Source of the DNA: Octopus sinensis
Lineage: Eukaryota
NCBI RefSeq assembly: GCF_006345805.1
Contig: NC_043015.1
Span: 50,654,001-50,718,000 of the forward strand
DNA: 64,000 nt
Reading direction: 5' to 3'
The stretch's first letter is position 1. Each line of letters starts with the position of its first letter. Shown piece after piece: positions 25,903 to 40,020 of this stretch. The notes under the pieces were generated by a model that was given only the letters and a program-made list of their open reading frames with translations, did no database searches and had not been told where the DNA came from. The position numbers and the translations under genes are program-made.

Positions 25903-26669
25903 ATCCATATATGATCAGATTCTATTTGTTCATTCTATACAAGTGAAATCTCTTGCCACAAGCGTTAAGGACTTTGAAATACAATTCAGAACTAAGCTGA
26001 CAAATGGTCCCATATTTTTCATCATCACCTGCTAGATTTTTCCCCATATCCTTCAATCAAAGGGATTTTATTTTTGTCTAATTCACTGTTATTAGCAAAA
26101 GTTTCCACATCTCTGAATTTACTAATGAGTATTGCAAGTCCAGAATAATGTAATTACGAGCTATCAATTAACCCAATAATTTTAATTCTTCTAAATTTCC
26201 TGATATAATGTTGCTAATAACTAATTACAACATCCATCTTGAGCCAATTAAATATAAGACACTTTAAAGTGTTCTTATAAAATGAAGCAGCAAAAACAAC
26301 GAAAAAAAACTAGATCCAGTCTCATACCAGGCAACAGGATTACCCTTAATCACTTGGATTATGAACAGGGATAAAACCAATAGAATGAAGAACACACAAA
26401 GACAAACCCAAAACAACATACAAACAAGTATGTAAACATCACAATAAACAATAATTTTAATCTAAATAGACAAACAACCCATCATTAGCTACTGTATTGG
26501 AAATCATTATGGTTTCGACACCAAGAGTTCCTATTATTCAATCCAACACTATCCACAGAGCTAAAAAATTGAAATGCTGCCCAAGAATTACAAGACATCA
26601 TACACATATACTTGTACCTGTCATTCTTCTTCCATCAACACAAAACTTCATTTCTTAGAACATGTCTTT

Positions 26670-27058
26670 CACTTGTTTCAGTCATTTGACTGCAGTCATG
26701 CTGGGGCACCGCCTTTTAGAATGTTCAGTCGAACACATCGACCCAGTACATTCATTCTGTTAAACCTGGTACTCATTCTATCAGTCACTCTTGCTGAACT
26801 GCTAAGTTATGGGAAGGTAAACAAACCAACACCAGTTGTGAAGCAGTGGTGGGCATAAATACAGACACAAAGACACACATGTACACACACAAACACACAC
26901 ATATAGTCAATGAGCTTCTTTCAGTTTCCATCTACCAAATCCACTCACAAAGTTTTGGTTGGCCCAGGGCTAGGAAAAGGCATTCGCCCAAGGTGCCACA
27001 CTGTAGGACTGAACCCAAAACCATGTGGTTGGGAAGCAAACTTCTTATCACACAACCA
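26670..27058 (-). mobile_element. SINE family A, degenerate
   Basis: Reverse complement of the family A consensus. Confidence 0.8.
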
Positions 27059-27155
27059 ACCCAATCCTTTTAAACTGCATCCCTCAATATGTTCCTCTTC
27101 CACAAGTTCTTACACAATTAAAAAAAAAACATTAACCACATTAAAAGGACACGTT

Positions 27156-28104
27156 TAACCCTTTCAATACCAACCCGGCTGAAACCAGCTCTGGCTCTGT
27201 AGTACAAATGCTTTGTTTTCATAAGTTTTGAATTAAAATCTTCCACGAAACTTTAGTCACAATTTATGTTCCTAACACTAGCTTATTTTACTAAATTCTT
27301 TGTTATATTTAAAATTAATTGAAAGAAACACAGAGCATCTCAACAGAAATATGGTGACAAAAGGCTTAAAATATATAATCGAGAAACGATTCTTAACCCT
27401 TTCGGTACCAACCTGGCTGAAACCAGCTCTGGCTCTGTAGTACAAATGTCTTGTTTTCATAAGTTTTGAATTAAAATCTTAGTCGCAATTTATGTTCCTA
27501 ACACTAGCTGAATGATAACTAAGTTGTTTTACTAAATTCTTTGTTATATTTAAAATTAATTGAAAGAATCACAGAGCATCTCAACGGAAATATGGTAACA
27601 AAAGGGTTAAAGTATATAATAGAGAAACGATTCTTAACCCTTTTGATACCAACCTGGATGAAACCGCCTCTGGCTCTGTAATATAAATGTCTTGTTTTCA
27701 TAAGTTCCAAATTGAAATCTTCCACCAAACCTTTGTCACAATTTATGTTCCTAACACTAGCTGAATGATAACCAAGTTGTTTTATTAAATTCTTTGTTAT
27801 ATTTAAAATCAATTGAAAGAAACACAGAGCATCTCAACAGAAATATGGTAACAAAAGAGTTAAAATATATAATAGAGAAACTATTCTTGACTCTTTTGAT
27901 ACTATATCTGCTGAAATCAGTTCTGGCTCTGTAATATAAATGTCTTGTTTTCATAAGTTCCAAAGTAAATTCTTCCACCAAACCTTAGTCAGAATTTATA
28001 TTCCTAACACTAGCAAGTTATTTTACTAAATTCTTTGTTATATTTAAAATTAATTGAAAGAAACACAGAGCATCTCAAAATAAATACGGTAACGAAAGGG
28101 TTAT
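27156..28104. mobile_element. Tandem array of four piggyBac-like MITEs
   Basis: Units start TTAA-CCCTTT and end AAAGGG-TTAA, starting at 27156, 27393, 27634 and 27887. A common 23-bp spacer (AATATATAATAGAGAAACGATTC-like) separates them. Confidence 0.85.
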
Positions 28105-28552
28105 CAGGGTCTGTAAGAAGGGGTGCAGGAAGTACATTCTAAGTGAGTCTGGGAATTTATTTCGATGTCAAAAAATGTTTGCACATTTGGGTAAGCCGTG
28201 TGCCAAAATGAACTTAGTAGCGCCAAATAAGATTCTACAGTGTCTCTGATGTCTAGTATCAGTTTACGTTAAAATTCTCAGCAGTTAAATCATTCATAAT
28301 TAAACAAGATTTTTGTTGCACATAAGACAGCTAATCAACACAGTCTCGTATTTTCTCTGATTACATTAAACAGATTACTTTTAAGATTTAATCAGTCATA
28401 ATTTTCTTGGTTAACATTAAAGATGGAGCTCTCAGTCAAAACCACTACACTAAAAGCAAAAAGTTAAAAATCTCTTGGAAAATATTTAATGACAGATCTC
28501 ACTCTAACAAGACAAAAGTTAATGATGATGATGGTGGTGGTGGTGGTGATGG

Positions 28553-28589
<37 letters not shown>

Positions 28590-29948
28590 AAATACCCTGA
28601 TGCGGTACCAGACAGTGGCTCTCATGGCTTCTGATCTTAACTGATTGTAAGTGTTATCATGTACATTGTTTTGTCTTGGTATAAAAGATGGGCTACAGCA
28701 AATATTCTGCTCAATACCACAGATTTGCTTGTCAGTTGCTTCACCTTAACCAGTCGGGCATGTACCTTAGTGACTGAAATATGTGCATCTTTGATGATGA
28801 TGAGGAAGTTGTGGCGAAAGAGTCAGCAGAAGTTTCACCAGAGCCGCGTGGAGCTTAGGTGTTTCGCTCATAAACAAGCACATCGCCCGGTCTGAGATTC
28901 GAACCCGCAATCCCTCGACCACGAGTCTGCTGCTCTAACCACTAGGCCATGTGCCTCCTAGAAATGAGTTCCGACATCACTGGTGCCAAGATGTATCAGC
29001 CTTTGTCTTTCCTTTGGATAACATCAGTGGCATGGAGAGGGGATGCTGGTATCCATTGGTGACTGCTGGTCTTCCCAGACTTGTGCCTCAGAGGCGAACT
29101 TTAAAGGTGCAATCCCGTGGTCATTCATGACCGAAGGGAGTCTTTATTTTTAACAAGGATAAAGTTATTTTATTTAATATTGTAGTGACTTCTGTTTCTT
29201 TTTCAAAGGTTAGCATGTAGGATTTCTGGTTTATTGCCACCATTAATATATCCAACACTCTCACTCTTTCCTCCTGCATCTTGCAGCTCACCAGCGATGG
29301 ACTGGCGTCCCATCCAGGTGGGAAACCTATACGCCAAGAAACCGGGAAACCGGCCCTTATGAGCCAGGCATGGCTCGAGAAGGAACAACCAAAAACTCAT
29401 TTCTACAGCTGAGTGAACTGGAACAACATGAAATAAAGTGTGTTGCTCAAGAACACAACACATAGTCTGGTCTTGGAATTGAACTCACAACCTTATGACT
29501 GTGAGCCTGACACTGAGCCCATTTTATATGACTTAATATTTTATACTTAAGTGCTGACATGACGGTGTAGAAAGAGGTTTGCTTCTCAGCCATGTGGTTT
29601 CTGGTTGAATCCCACTACATAGAACCTTGTACATGTGTCTTCTACTATAGCCCTGGGCTGCCTTGTGAACAGATTTGATGGAAACAGAAAGAAGCCTGTC
29701 ATTATATATGTGTGTTCTTGACAACCAATGTTGGTTTGTTTGTGTTCCTGTAGCTTAACAGTTCAGCAAGAGACAAAATATGAACCAGATATAAAAATAA
29801 CTACTGGGATTAATTTGTTCAACTAAACCCTTGAAGGTGGTGCCCCAGGGTGGCCACAGTCCAATGACTGAAAGAAGTTAAAAAACAATAAATAAATGAT
29901 ATATATTTCATACTTAAAAACCAGAAAGAAAAAAGACATAGCAATATA

Positions 29949-30357
29949 GGTGCAGGAGTGGCTGTGTGGTAAGTAGCTTGCTTACCAACCACATGGTTTC
30001 GGGTTCAGTCCCACTCCGTGGCACCTTGGGCAAGTGTCTTTTACTGTAGCCTCGGGCCGACCAATGCCTTGTGAGTGGATTTGGTAGACGGAAACCGAAA
30101 GAAGCCCATCGTATATATATATATATATATGTATATGTTTGTGTGTCTGTGTTTGTCCCCCCAACGTCGTTTGACAACCGATGCTGGTGTGTCTACGTCC
30201 CTGTAACTTAGCGGTTCGGCAAAAGAGACCGATAGATTAAGTACTAGGCTTACTAAAAATAAGTCCTGGAGTCGATTTGCTCAACTAAAGGCGGTGCTCC
30301 AGCATGGTCGCAGTTAAATGACTGAAACAAGTAAAATAAAAGAGTAAAGAGTAAAGA
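29949..30357 (+). mobile_element. SINE family A, full length
   Basis: Close to consensus with (TAAAAGAG)n tail. A more degenerate copy precedes it at 29555-29885. Confidence 0.9.
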
Positions 30358-30774
30358 GAGATATCACAGTAAAGTTCTTTGAAATTTTTTTTTTTTTTAT
30401 GTTGATCATGTTTGTATTTTATCAATATTCTGGTTTTGTCTGTACTTTCTTTTGAGATTACGGCAACATGAAGGATCATCCATAAAACAGTCAGTGGGTC
30501 AGAAGATAATATAAATATTCTAGCCTCAACTGAAATAAACTTTATGTCTAGACACCAAGATGTTAGAAAATAGCAACCTACTGCTGTCACATCAATCTTT
30601 CTCTACATCACCCTCTGGTCACTGCTATATATTACACTGTATGCCATTTGAGATGTCTACATCAAAATGTAAAGTACAAAGCAATACATAAAAAGTGTGA
30701 TTGAGCCGATGCAGAAAGGGGAATCTCAGTAGTCGCTCGACCTGGTAACAATAGCAGCCAAATCTCCCCCAAAT

Positions 30775-30995
30775 TAACCTTTTAGCATTCAGATTACTCC
30801 CATTAACTGTAATGCTTATTTATTCACATTGTTTTGAATTAATTCTGTGTTATCTCCTAGCTTTGAGATTTCAAAGAGGTTGTTGTTTATCCTTAGAATG
30901 GCATTGTAGGGTAGGCATAAATTGCTGGATCTGGCCAGTTTTAGCATAAAGCAGGTAGAATATTAGGGACCATTTGAATGTCAAAGTGGTAACCT
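30775..30995. mobile_element. Second piggyBac-like MITE family, degenerate
   Basis: TTAACCTTTTAGCATTC...TTTGAATG...GGTAA ends. Related pieces at 2745-2955 and 17670-17820. Confidence 0.55.
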
Positions 30996-32275
30996 TACAA
31001 AATATAAATTTGAAAAGGGATGGCACAGGGGAAAATGGAGTTGTTGATAAACAATGTTTGAGAGAAGGATGGATTGGCCATGGTTGGAATACTTTATATC
31101 ATAGGTCTTCTTGTATTGACAAGGAGCTAAATGACAACTGAGGGGATGTATATATACTAGAAAAACTGCCGAAGACGTGTGGCCTAGTGTTTTGGGTAGG
31201 GAGTTAGATTCAAGATCATAAGGCCATGGTTTTGATTCCTAGATTGAGTGGCACATTGTGTCTTTGAGCAAGGCACTTCATTGACCATTGCTCCTATCTA
31301 TTCAGTTGAAATCAAGCACCAGTATTTCGCTGGTACTCATTTTCAGCTCTCTCTCTCTCTCTCCCTCCAGCTGTTATATCTACAACGTTCAACCAAGTAA
31401 TTAGACGACAGGGCAAAGAGAGTGTCTAGGTCGGCTCACAAAACATGGTACATGTTACCAAATCATATTCACATGATTTGCTCGACTAAAGGCAATGCTC
31501 CAGCATGGTCGCAGTCAAATGACTGAAACAAATAAAAGAGTAAAAGAGCAAAAGAGTTTATAAATTAGTAAAATACAAAATATCTATTTACACATAAAAA
31601 CAGGGGTGGGGGTACTGAGGGTATTATGTGAACATGAGTGGTGGTGGGGGGGGCAAAATGTTTGAGAACCTCTGGTATAGATGAATAAGAAGTAGAAATT
31701 AATTCTAATGGGATTCATGCCTAGAAAAAGTGTCAAAGGGAACTGGATACTGTAATATATACAGACACCACCAAGCTCCATCACCCTAGACTATTCAGAT
31801 ATCGATGTCTTTTGATAAGGTAGAAAGACAGTTTTTGTAAAAGAGAGAAAGAGGTTGAATATGGACGAATGGAAGTGAAGGTCAACAATGATGGAGCTTT
31901 CCGACACTATTCAAATATCAATTTCTCCCAATGAGGTGAAGGCCATCTTTTGTAGAAGGAACGTGTAGTCAAAGATCACATTTTAATCACTGCCCCCACC
32001 ACCACCACCACCACCACTCCCTCTCTCTCTCTCCTTCCTTCCACACATCTCTCTCTGCCTTTTGTATCACTGCTGCTACTATGGCCTCTTCAGCACTAGC
32101 TGGTCTCATATGGCCTCAGGCCCAAGCACCCCCTCTTCACTCATTCCTCCTCCTCCTCCCCCTCTTAGTCACATTGTGTCTACCGTCACAGAGCTTCTTA
32201 AGCTAAATGCTAACCAAGCCCTGCCTTTCTAGAAGAGAGTCAAACAACTGAAATGCTCGACTTTTAACAGTAAAA

Positions 32276-32504
32276 TTAACCCTTTCGATACCAACCCGGC
32301 TGAAACCACCTCTGGCTCTGTAGTACAAATGTTTTGCTTTCATAAGTCCCAAATTAAAATCTTCCACCAAAATTTAGTCACAATTAATGTTCCTAACACT
32401 AGCTTAATGATAACTAAGTTATTTTACTAAATTCTTTGTTATATTTAAAATAATTGAGAGGAAAACAAAGCATCTCAAAATAAATACAGTAACAGAAGGG
32501 TTAA
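32276..32504. mobile_element. piggyBac-like MITE, single copy
   Basis: TTAACCCTTTCGATACC...GAAGGGTTAA, same family as the 27156-28104 array. Confidence 0.85.
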
Positions 32505-34544
32505 ACCACAGTCTGAGAGGGCATGCAAAAAGCTATGGACACAGCTCCTTTCTCCGGACCAAACCAACAAAGGGGAAAAATGAAATCAACAATAGGTGCA
32601 GCAAGTATGACTGTGTGGTTAAGAAGCTCACTTTGGAACCACACGGTTTGGGGTTCAGTCCCACAGTGCAGCACCTTGAGCAATTGTCTTCTACTTATAG
32701 CCCCAGGCCAAGCAATGCCTTACAAGTGAATTTGGTAGCTTGTCGTATATACATGTTTGTCCTCCACACCAAGTAACAACTGATGTTGGTTTGTTTACAT
32801 CCCCCTAATTTAGCAGTTTGGCAAAAGCGACTGGAAGATAAGTATCAGACTTAAAAGTTCTAGAACTGATTTGTTTGACTAAACCCTTTAAGCAGTGAAA
32901 CAAAAGAAAAAATATGTGCCCCACCCCTACCCCACCCATACAATGTGTGGCCCTGTGCCAATTTAAATACTCTCTCTTTTTACTCTTTTACATGTTTCAG
33001 TCATTTGACTGTAGCCATGCTGGAGCACCGCCTTTAGTCGAGCAAATCGACCCCAGGACTTATTCTTTGTAAGCCTAGTACTTATTCTATTGGTCTCTTT
33101 TGCTGAACCACTAAGTTACAGGTACGTAAACACTCTCCTTCTGGTCCAGGTCTGCAGCCTGGTGCTTGGGGACCCCAGCTTTACATCACTGTTGTTGTTA
33201 AGCTGAGTAAAGGCATGAATGTCACTAAATCTTATGAACTTCTCTCAACAAAAAAAAAGAAGATATTCTTTCAGTTTATGACCACAAATTCAAAGCAGAA
33301 ATTAGCATTGAAATTTTGGGAGAAATTTCTTTTTCAGAATCAAAGACACCATATTTTCAGATGTTGAATTCCCACCTATCCCGAACAAAAAAATTCAAAA
33401 ATACAAGTTAAACGCAACAAAATGAGGTTTGGTTTAAAAAAAAAAAAAAATTAACTACTTTTTCCTTTTTTTTTTCCGTTTTTCAAAAGCGTAATTTCCA
33501 TTATTGAAAACATAGGAATCCAAAGAAATTTTTGAGAAAAGAATGACAAAAAAAAACAGAAAAAAAAAAAAACCGGATGAAATGTGGTGCCTATTTGACA
33601 AATACATTTAGACTTTGGTTAATTGAGTCAATACCTCAACTCACTCCAGTAATAGGTTCCAAGACGTGTGACTTAACTCAAAAATTGATGGTAACACAGA
33701 AAAACATTTTTAAACATTTATTAGCATAAATCTAAACGGTTTGTACATATTTTCACATGTATTTTATTAGATTTTTTACTTTAGTGTTGTTTTTTTTTAG
33801 GTGTTTTTCCTCTTTTTAAAAAGTTTTATGCTTTTAAATATGTTTGCCAACACTGATGCACAGATGGATAAACCGATTGAAGTTGAGGCTTATTTTTTTT
33901 CCATCACCACCACCACCACCACCACCACCACCACCACCACCACCACCATCACCATCATCATCATCTAATGGTTGTTTACCATTATGTAAATGGTATCTGT
34001 GCCGGTAGCACATAAAAAGCACCCATAAAAAGCACACTCTCAGAGTGGTTGGCATTAAGAAGACCATCCAGCTGTAGAAACCCTGCCAAATCAGATTAGA
34101 ACCAGGTGCAGCCCTCCAGCTTACCTGTTCCAGTTAAGCCGTCTAACCCATGCCAGCAGGGAAAGCAGATGTTGAATAAAAAATTAAACGATGCAAGTAA
34201 ACAAGAATTTTAATCTATTGTTGTCATTTTCACAAATCAAACAAAACAACAAACACAATAACAGCTTTTTAGAATTTTTTTTTTTTTGCCATTAATTAGC
34301 AGACTTTTCGTTAACTATTCACTTAAACATATAGTTGTTCACTAACATATTTAAAAAAAAATCTTTTTTTTTTGAATTTCAGTCTTGTAATTAAAATACA
34401 AAGATAACAAAGAAGTGACATTCATAGCTTTTCCAAGTACATGAACGATGTGAGTGAAATAGTTCCAAAAACCAATTAAAATGACAGACACATCCAAAAA
34501 TCACAGCATGAAATAATAATATAAAATAATTGGAAATTGCAGCT

Positions 34545-34922
34545 GGATACCAGTGCCGGTGGTACGTAAGAGAACCATTGCCAGCACCGCCCCGACTGGC
34601 CTCGTGCCGGTGGCACATAAAAAGCACCATCCGATTGTGGCCGTTGCCAGCCTTGCCTGGCCCCCGTGCCAGTGGCACGTAAAAAGCACCATCTGATCGT
34701 GGCCGTTTGCCAGCCTCATCTGGCACCTGTGCCGGTGACACATAAAAAGCACCTACTACACTCACGGAGTGGTTGGCGTCAGGAAGGGCATCCAGCCGTA
34801 GAAACATTGCCAGATCAGACTGGGCCTGGTGCAGCCTTCTGGCTTCCCAGACCCCAGTTGAACCGTCCAACCCATGCTAGCATGGAAAGCGGATGCTAAA
34901 CGAAGATGATGATGATGATGAT
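34545..34922 (+). mobile_element. RTE-associated element with 5' ~60-bp tandem subrepeats and (GAT)n tail
   Basis: Repeated GTGCCGGTGGCACRTAAAAAGCACC units, then GGCGTCAGGAAGGGCATCCAGC...CCCATGCTAGCATGGAAAGCGG. Confidence 0.75.
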
Positions 34923-35815
34923 AATTAACAATATAACTCTAATAATGATTTCAAATTTTGGCGCAAGGCCAGCAGATTTGGAAGAGGAGCTAAGTCAATT
35001 AAATCAAGCCCTGTGCTCATCTGGCACTTATTTTATTGGTTCTGAAAGGAACAAAAGCAAAGCTGGACCTCACAGAATTTGAACTCACGACATAAAGACG
35101 GACAAAATGCCACCAAGCATTTTACCTGGCGTGCTAACGATTCTGCCGGCTTGCCCCTTGGATGTAACTCTACTAATGCACGAAAGAACAGCCATCCTTT
35201 TTAAAACCAGGTAACCTCACACAAAATGAGTCCACTCTGGTGTTCGGAAGGGCATCCAGCCGTAAAAAAAAACCTGCCAAAACTGACACAGAAGCCTGGT
35301 GCAGTCTTCTGCTTGACCCCATCCTGTCAAAGCATCCAACCCATGCTAGCATGGAGGGCAGATGTTAAACGATGATGACGATGACGATGATGATGATTAT
35401 GCCTAAACCACATTCAACCGATATAAAACTTAGCATCAAACACTTCAAAGAAATGATAATTCTTTCTGCTTCAGACACAAGGCCTGAAATTTATGTGGAA
35501 GGGCCCTGCCAATTGCATTGACCCCAGTGCCTGACTGATACTCAATTTATTGATTTTGAAGAGGAAAAAGGGCAAAGCCAGCTTTGGTGTCATTTGAACT
35601 CAAAATCTAATGAGTTGGAAAAAATTCTGCTGAGTACGTTATCCAGCATTTGTTTACTTTTTTTTTACTACGGTCATGCTGGAGCACTGCCTTAAGGGTT
35701 TTTTTAGTCGAAAAAAATTGACCCCAGGACTTATTCTATTGCTCTCTTTTACTGAAGTTACAGAGACATAAGTACACCAGTGATGATGGGGGGACAAACA
35801 TAGACACAAAAACAA

Positions 35816-35862
<47 letters not shown>

Positions 35863-36931
35863 GCTTCTTTCAGTTTCTGTCTACCAAATCCACTCACTAA
35901 GCTTCAGTCAGCAGGAAGCTGTAGTAGAAGACACTTGCCCAAGATGCCATGCAGTGGAACTGAACCCAGAACCATGTGGTTGGGAAGCAAGCTTCTTACC
36001 ACACAGCCACACATGCTAATGATTCTGCCAACACACGGGTTTCTGATGGGAGCACAAGGCCAGCAATTTTGAAGTGAAACGGTTAATCAATACCAATCAA
36101 CAACTGCAACAAACACGCTGTACTCCCTATCACAAATAACCTCAAATTATAGGCAAACATACAGTCTAGGGTCCAAAAAGTGAAAGTAAATTGCAAGAGA
36201 AACTGTAAGTGAGTGTAACATCCCATCATTTTATTATTTTTATGAAACATGAAAATAATGCATAGAACATTCACACAGCTTTTACACAGTTTCTGAACCT
36301 ATTTTGTTGCGTATGCTCATAGGTACGATGTAAATAACACATCACTCATCCTTCATTGTCATCCAAGTTTCTTTTTACCAAGTATCCACCATCCTTTGAC
36401 AAATTGTGTATGGATGCTCTCATAACTGGATTAACAAAATCTAAAGAATATGCGACATATATAATTGTGAACCAAATTAACATAGAAAGCCTGCCACAGG
36501 GTATCAGATGTGTCCCTGGCAATAACCATTGCATTACAATGGACCAAATTGTTCACGTGTATGACTAGGGATCTCAATCAAGCAGCATTTTCTGGTATCC
36601 CTTTCTGTTTCATCAAACACCCAATTTCCTTTATGGCATTCCCTGGTGATATTTTCCATGCATGTATTTATGAAATTAAGCTGTCACTTCTGGCACAATT
36701 TACTCTCACTAATTGCAGATTAACAAAGTAACGCACTCGCATTACAGCACCAAGTGAACCAATAATCCACAAAGTTTAAAAATCACTACAGAGTAATTAA
36801 CATCATCATCGTTAAAAACAATGAAGATCATACCATTCCCCATGTTACAAAAAAACAACCCCAAATAATGTGACTACTTTGTAAAACCATCCAAACAAAC
36901 AATAAACCTAGTCAATAATGATAGTGTACTA

Positions 36932-37798
36932 TAGGGTGTCCCAAAAGTCACTGAGGGGTTTCAATTTTTAATAACTTCCTTGATTTTACAAATAAATGCA
37001 TGAAATTTTGATACAATATAAAGGACATAATGGAAATTAATATGCACAAGTCAAATTTTGTAACGCCACTACATCACATATGAAAAATGGCATCACTTAA
37101 ATGGCACCCATCTTTGGCTTCACATGCCCATGCTCTTTCCGAAAGTTGCACCTTAACACCCTCAAGAGTTTCAGACCCCACTTCTCTGATTTCTCTAGTG
37201 ATGTTCTTCAGTTGCACCAGGGTCTTCGGTAACATAAGCCCTCTCTTTCAGGTATCCTCACGAGAAAAAATCCGAGCTAGGCCAGTTGACATTGCCATAC
37301 TAAGAGATTATTCTCTCTCCAAAGCATTGCCATAGCAACTGCATTGTTTGTTTAGCAGTATAAGCAGTCTCCCCATCTTGCTGGAACCATGTGTGGGGTC
37401 TGCTTTGAATGGCCTTCACGTTCCCCAGACTTGACTAGCCCAGATTTTTTTCTTGTGGGAGGGGGGATACCTGAAAGAGAGGGTTTATGTCAACAAACTG
37501 GAGACTCTGGTGCAACTGAAGGGGAACATCAAGAGAGTAATCACAGAAGTGGGGTCTGAAACTCTCGAGGGTGTTATGGTGCAAGTTTTGGAAAGAGCAC
37601 GGGCATGTGAAACCGAAAATGGCTGTTATTTAAGTGATGTCGTTTTTCATATGTGATGTGGTGGTGTTGCAAAATCTGACTCGTGCATATTAATTTCCAT
37701 TATGTCCTTTATATTGTATCAAAATTTCATGCATTTATTTGTAAAGTTAAGGAAGTTATTAAAAATTGAAACCCATCAGAGACTTTTGGGACGTCCTG
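36932..37798. mobile_element. Tc1/mariner-superfamily fold-back element built from two transposase 3' ends
   Basis: TIRs (C/T)AGGGTGTCCCAAAAGTC / GACTTTTGGGACGTCCTG with ~340-bp inverted arms. Encodes WPSRSPDLTSPDFF and, after a frameshift, GYLKERVYVNK...DVVFHM*. Confidence 0.9.
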
Positions 37799-38180
37799 TC
37801 AATTATGATGATGAGAGTTCCAGTTAATCCAATCATCAGAACAGCCTGCTCATGCAATTAATGTGTTCTACAGACACATGTACCTTAATGTAGTTCTCAG
37901 GGGAATTCAGCATGACGCAGAATGTGCCAAGGCTGGTTCTTTGGAAATACAGGAACAACTCATTTTTGCCAGCTGAGTGGACTGCAGCAATGAGAAATAA
38001 AGAGTCTTGCACCACTGGGAATTGAACTCACAACCTTACGATCATGAGCTGAATACCCTAACCACTAAGCCGTACACCTTATGTACAATATATAACAGTT
38101 TGTACATAGACTGCTTCCATAGCGAAGGATTTAAGAAGCACAAAAGAAGCAGCATTTGAACAATGTTCAGCAACAACGCT

Positions 38181-38657
38181 TTAACCCTTTCGTTACTAAC
38201 CTGGATGAAACTGCCTCAGGTTCTGTAGTACAAATGTCTTGTTTTCATAAGTTTTGAATTAAATTCTTCCAACAAACTTCAGTCACAATTTATGTTCCTA
38301 ACACTAGCTGAATAATAACTAAGTTATTTTACTAAATTCTTTGTTATATTAAAAATTAATTGAAAGAAACACAAAGCACCTCAACAGAAATATGGTAATG
38401 AAAGGGTTAAAATATATAATAGAGAAAGAATTCTTAACCCTTTTGATACCAACCTGGCTGAAACCAGCGCTGGCTCTAGTACAAATGTCTTGTTTTCATA
38501 AGTTTTGTATTAAAATTTTCCACCAAACCTTAGTACCAATTTATGTTCCTAACACTAGCTTAATGATAACCAAGTTATTTTACTAAACTCTTTGTTATAT
38601 TTAAAATTAATTGAAAGTACCACAGTAACAACAGAAATATGGTAACAAAAGGGTTCA
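38181..38657. mobile_element. Tandem dimer of the piggyBac-like MITE
   Basis: TTAACCCTTTCG...AAAGGGTTAA, spacer AATATATAATAGAGAAAGAATTC, then TTAACCCTTTTG...AAAAGGG. Confidence 0.85.
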
Positions 38658-38702
38658 TACCAACAGAAGATTTGTAATGTAAAGAACTAGATAAACAAAT
38701 CT

Positions 38703-39090
38703 GGCACAGGAGTGGCTGTGGTATGTAGCTTGCTTATCAACCACATGGTCCAGGGTTCAGTCCCACTGCATGGCACCTTGGGCAAGTGTCTTCTGTTATA
38801 GCCTCGGGCTGAGCAAAACCTTGTGAGTTGGTTTGGTAGATGGAAACTGAAAGAAGCCCGTCATATATATATGTGTGAGCGTGTGTGTGTTTGTTTGTCC
38901 CCCCACCATCGCTTGACATATGAGGCTGGTGTGTTTACATCCCCGTGAGTTAGCATTTCGGCAGAAAAGGCCGGTAGGATAAATAAATACTAGGCTTACA
39001 AAGAATAAGTTCTGGGGTTGATTTGTTCGACAAAAGGCAGTGCTGCAGCATGGCCACAGTCAAATGACTGAAACAAACAACAGAATAAAA
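38703..39090 (+). mobile_element. SINE family A
   Basis: Matches the family A consensus. Confidence 0.85.
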
Positions 39091-39404
39091 GACTATATAC
39101 CTTTTAAAGTATTGGCTTATGGTAACAGCAAAGTTATGCTGTGGTAAGTTAGTCAGCCACGTGAAAAAAGAAACCAGAATACTCTTATTTACTCATGCGC
39201 AAATTGCATCCCTAATTTAGTATTAAATCTTGATACAAAATGTTTTTCCTTCATGTTCAGACTTGTTTTTTGCAGATGAAATTAAATATAAACAAGTACG
39301 ACTTATGCACCAGTAAATACGGTAAATTACTTTGGTTTGGTATTGCAGGTGTGTACATTAAAAATCAGGTGTTGTATTCAGGGAGAATATTTTTTATCGT
39401 TTAT

Positions 39405-39617
39405 TTGTTTCAGTCAGTAGATTGCGATCATGCTGGGGCACCACAATGACTTTTTAGTCAAATGAATTGACCCCAGTTCTTTTATTTTTTTTATTATTTT
39501 TTCTTTAAGCCTGGTACTTATTCTATCAGTCTCTTTTGGCAGACTGCTAAGTTATGGGATGTAAACAAACCAACACTGGGTTTCAAGCAATGGTGGGGGA
39601 CAAACACAGACACAAAG

Positions 39618-39649
<32 letters not shown>

Positions 39650-39770
39650 CAGGTGTTTTTTTTTGGTTTCCTTCAACCAAATCCACTCGCAGGGCTTTGG
39701 TTGGCCCAAGTATATAGTAAAAGACAATTGCACAAGGTGCCACACCGTGGGACTGAGCCTGGAACCATGT
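39405..39770 (-). mobile_element. SINE family A, degenerate
   Basis: Reverse complement of the family A consensus. Confidence 0.75.
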
Positions 39771-39799
39771 GAGAACTAAGTTAGATTGAGATTTGGTAT

Positions 39800-40020
39800 A
39801 TTCTTTTCTACTCTAGGCACAAGGCCTGAAATTTTTGGGGAGGGAGGGGCAGTCAATTAGATCGACCCCAGTACGCAACTGGTACTTAATTTATCGACCC
39901 CGAAAGGATGAAAGGCAGAGTCGACCTCAGCGGAATTTGAACTCGGGATGTATAAAGACAGGCGAAATACCACTAAGTATTTTGCCTGGCGTGCTAACAT
40001 TTCTGCCAGCTCGCCGTCTT
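39800..40020 (-). mobile_element. SINE family B
   Basis: Reverse complement GGCGAGCTGGCAGAA...CCTTTCATCCTTTCGGGGTCGATAAATTAAGTACCAG. Confidence 0.85.

Noticed and set aside
28594-28795. Segment between (GAT)n tracts that looks like a dispersed repeat
   Set aside because: Only one copy occurs in the window, so a family cannot be supported from the sequence alone.
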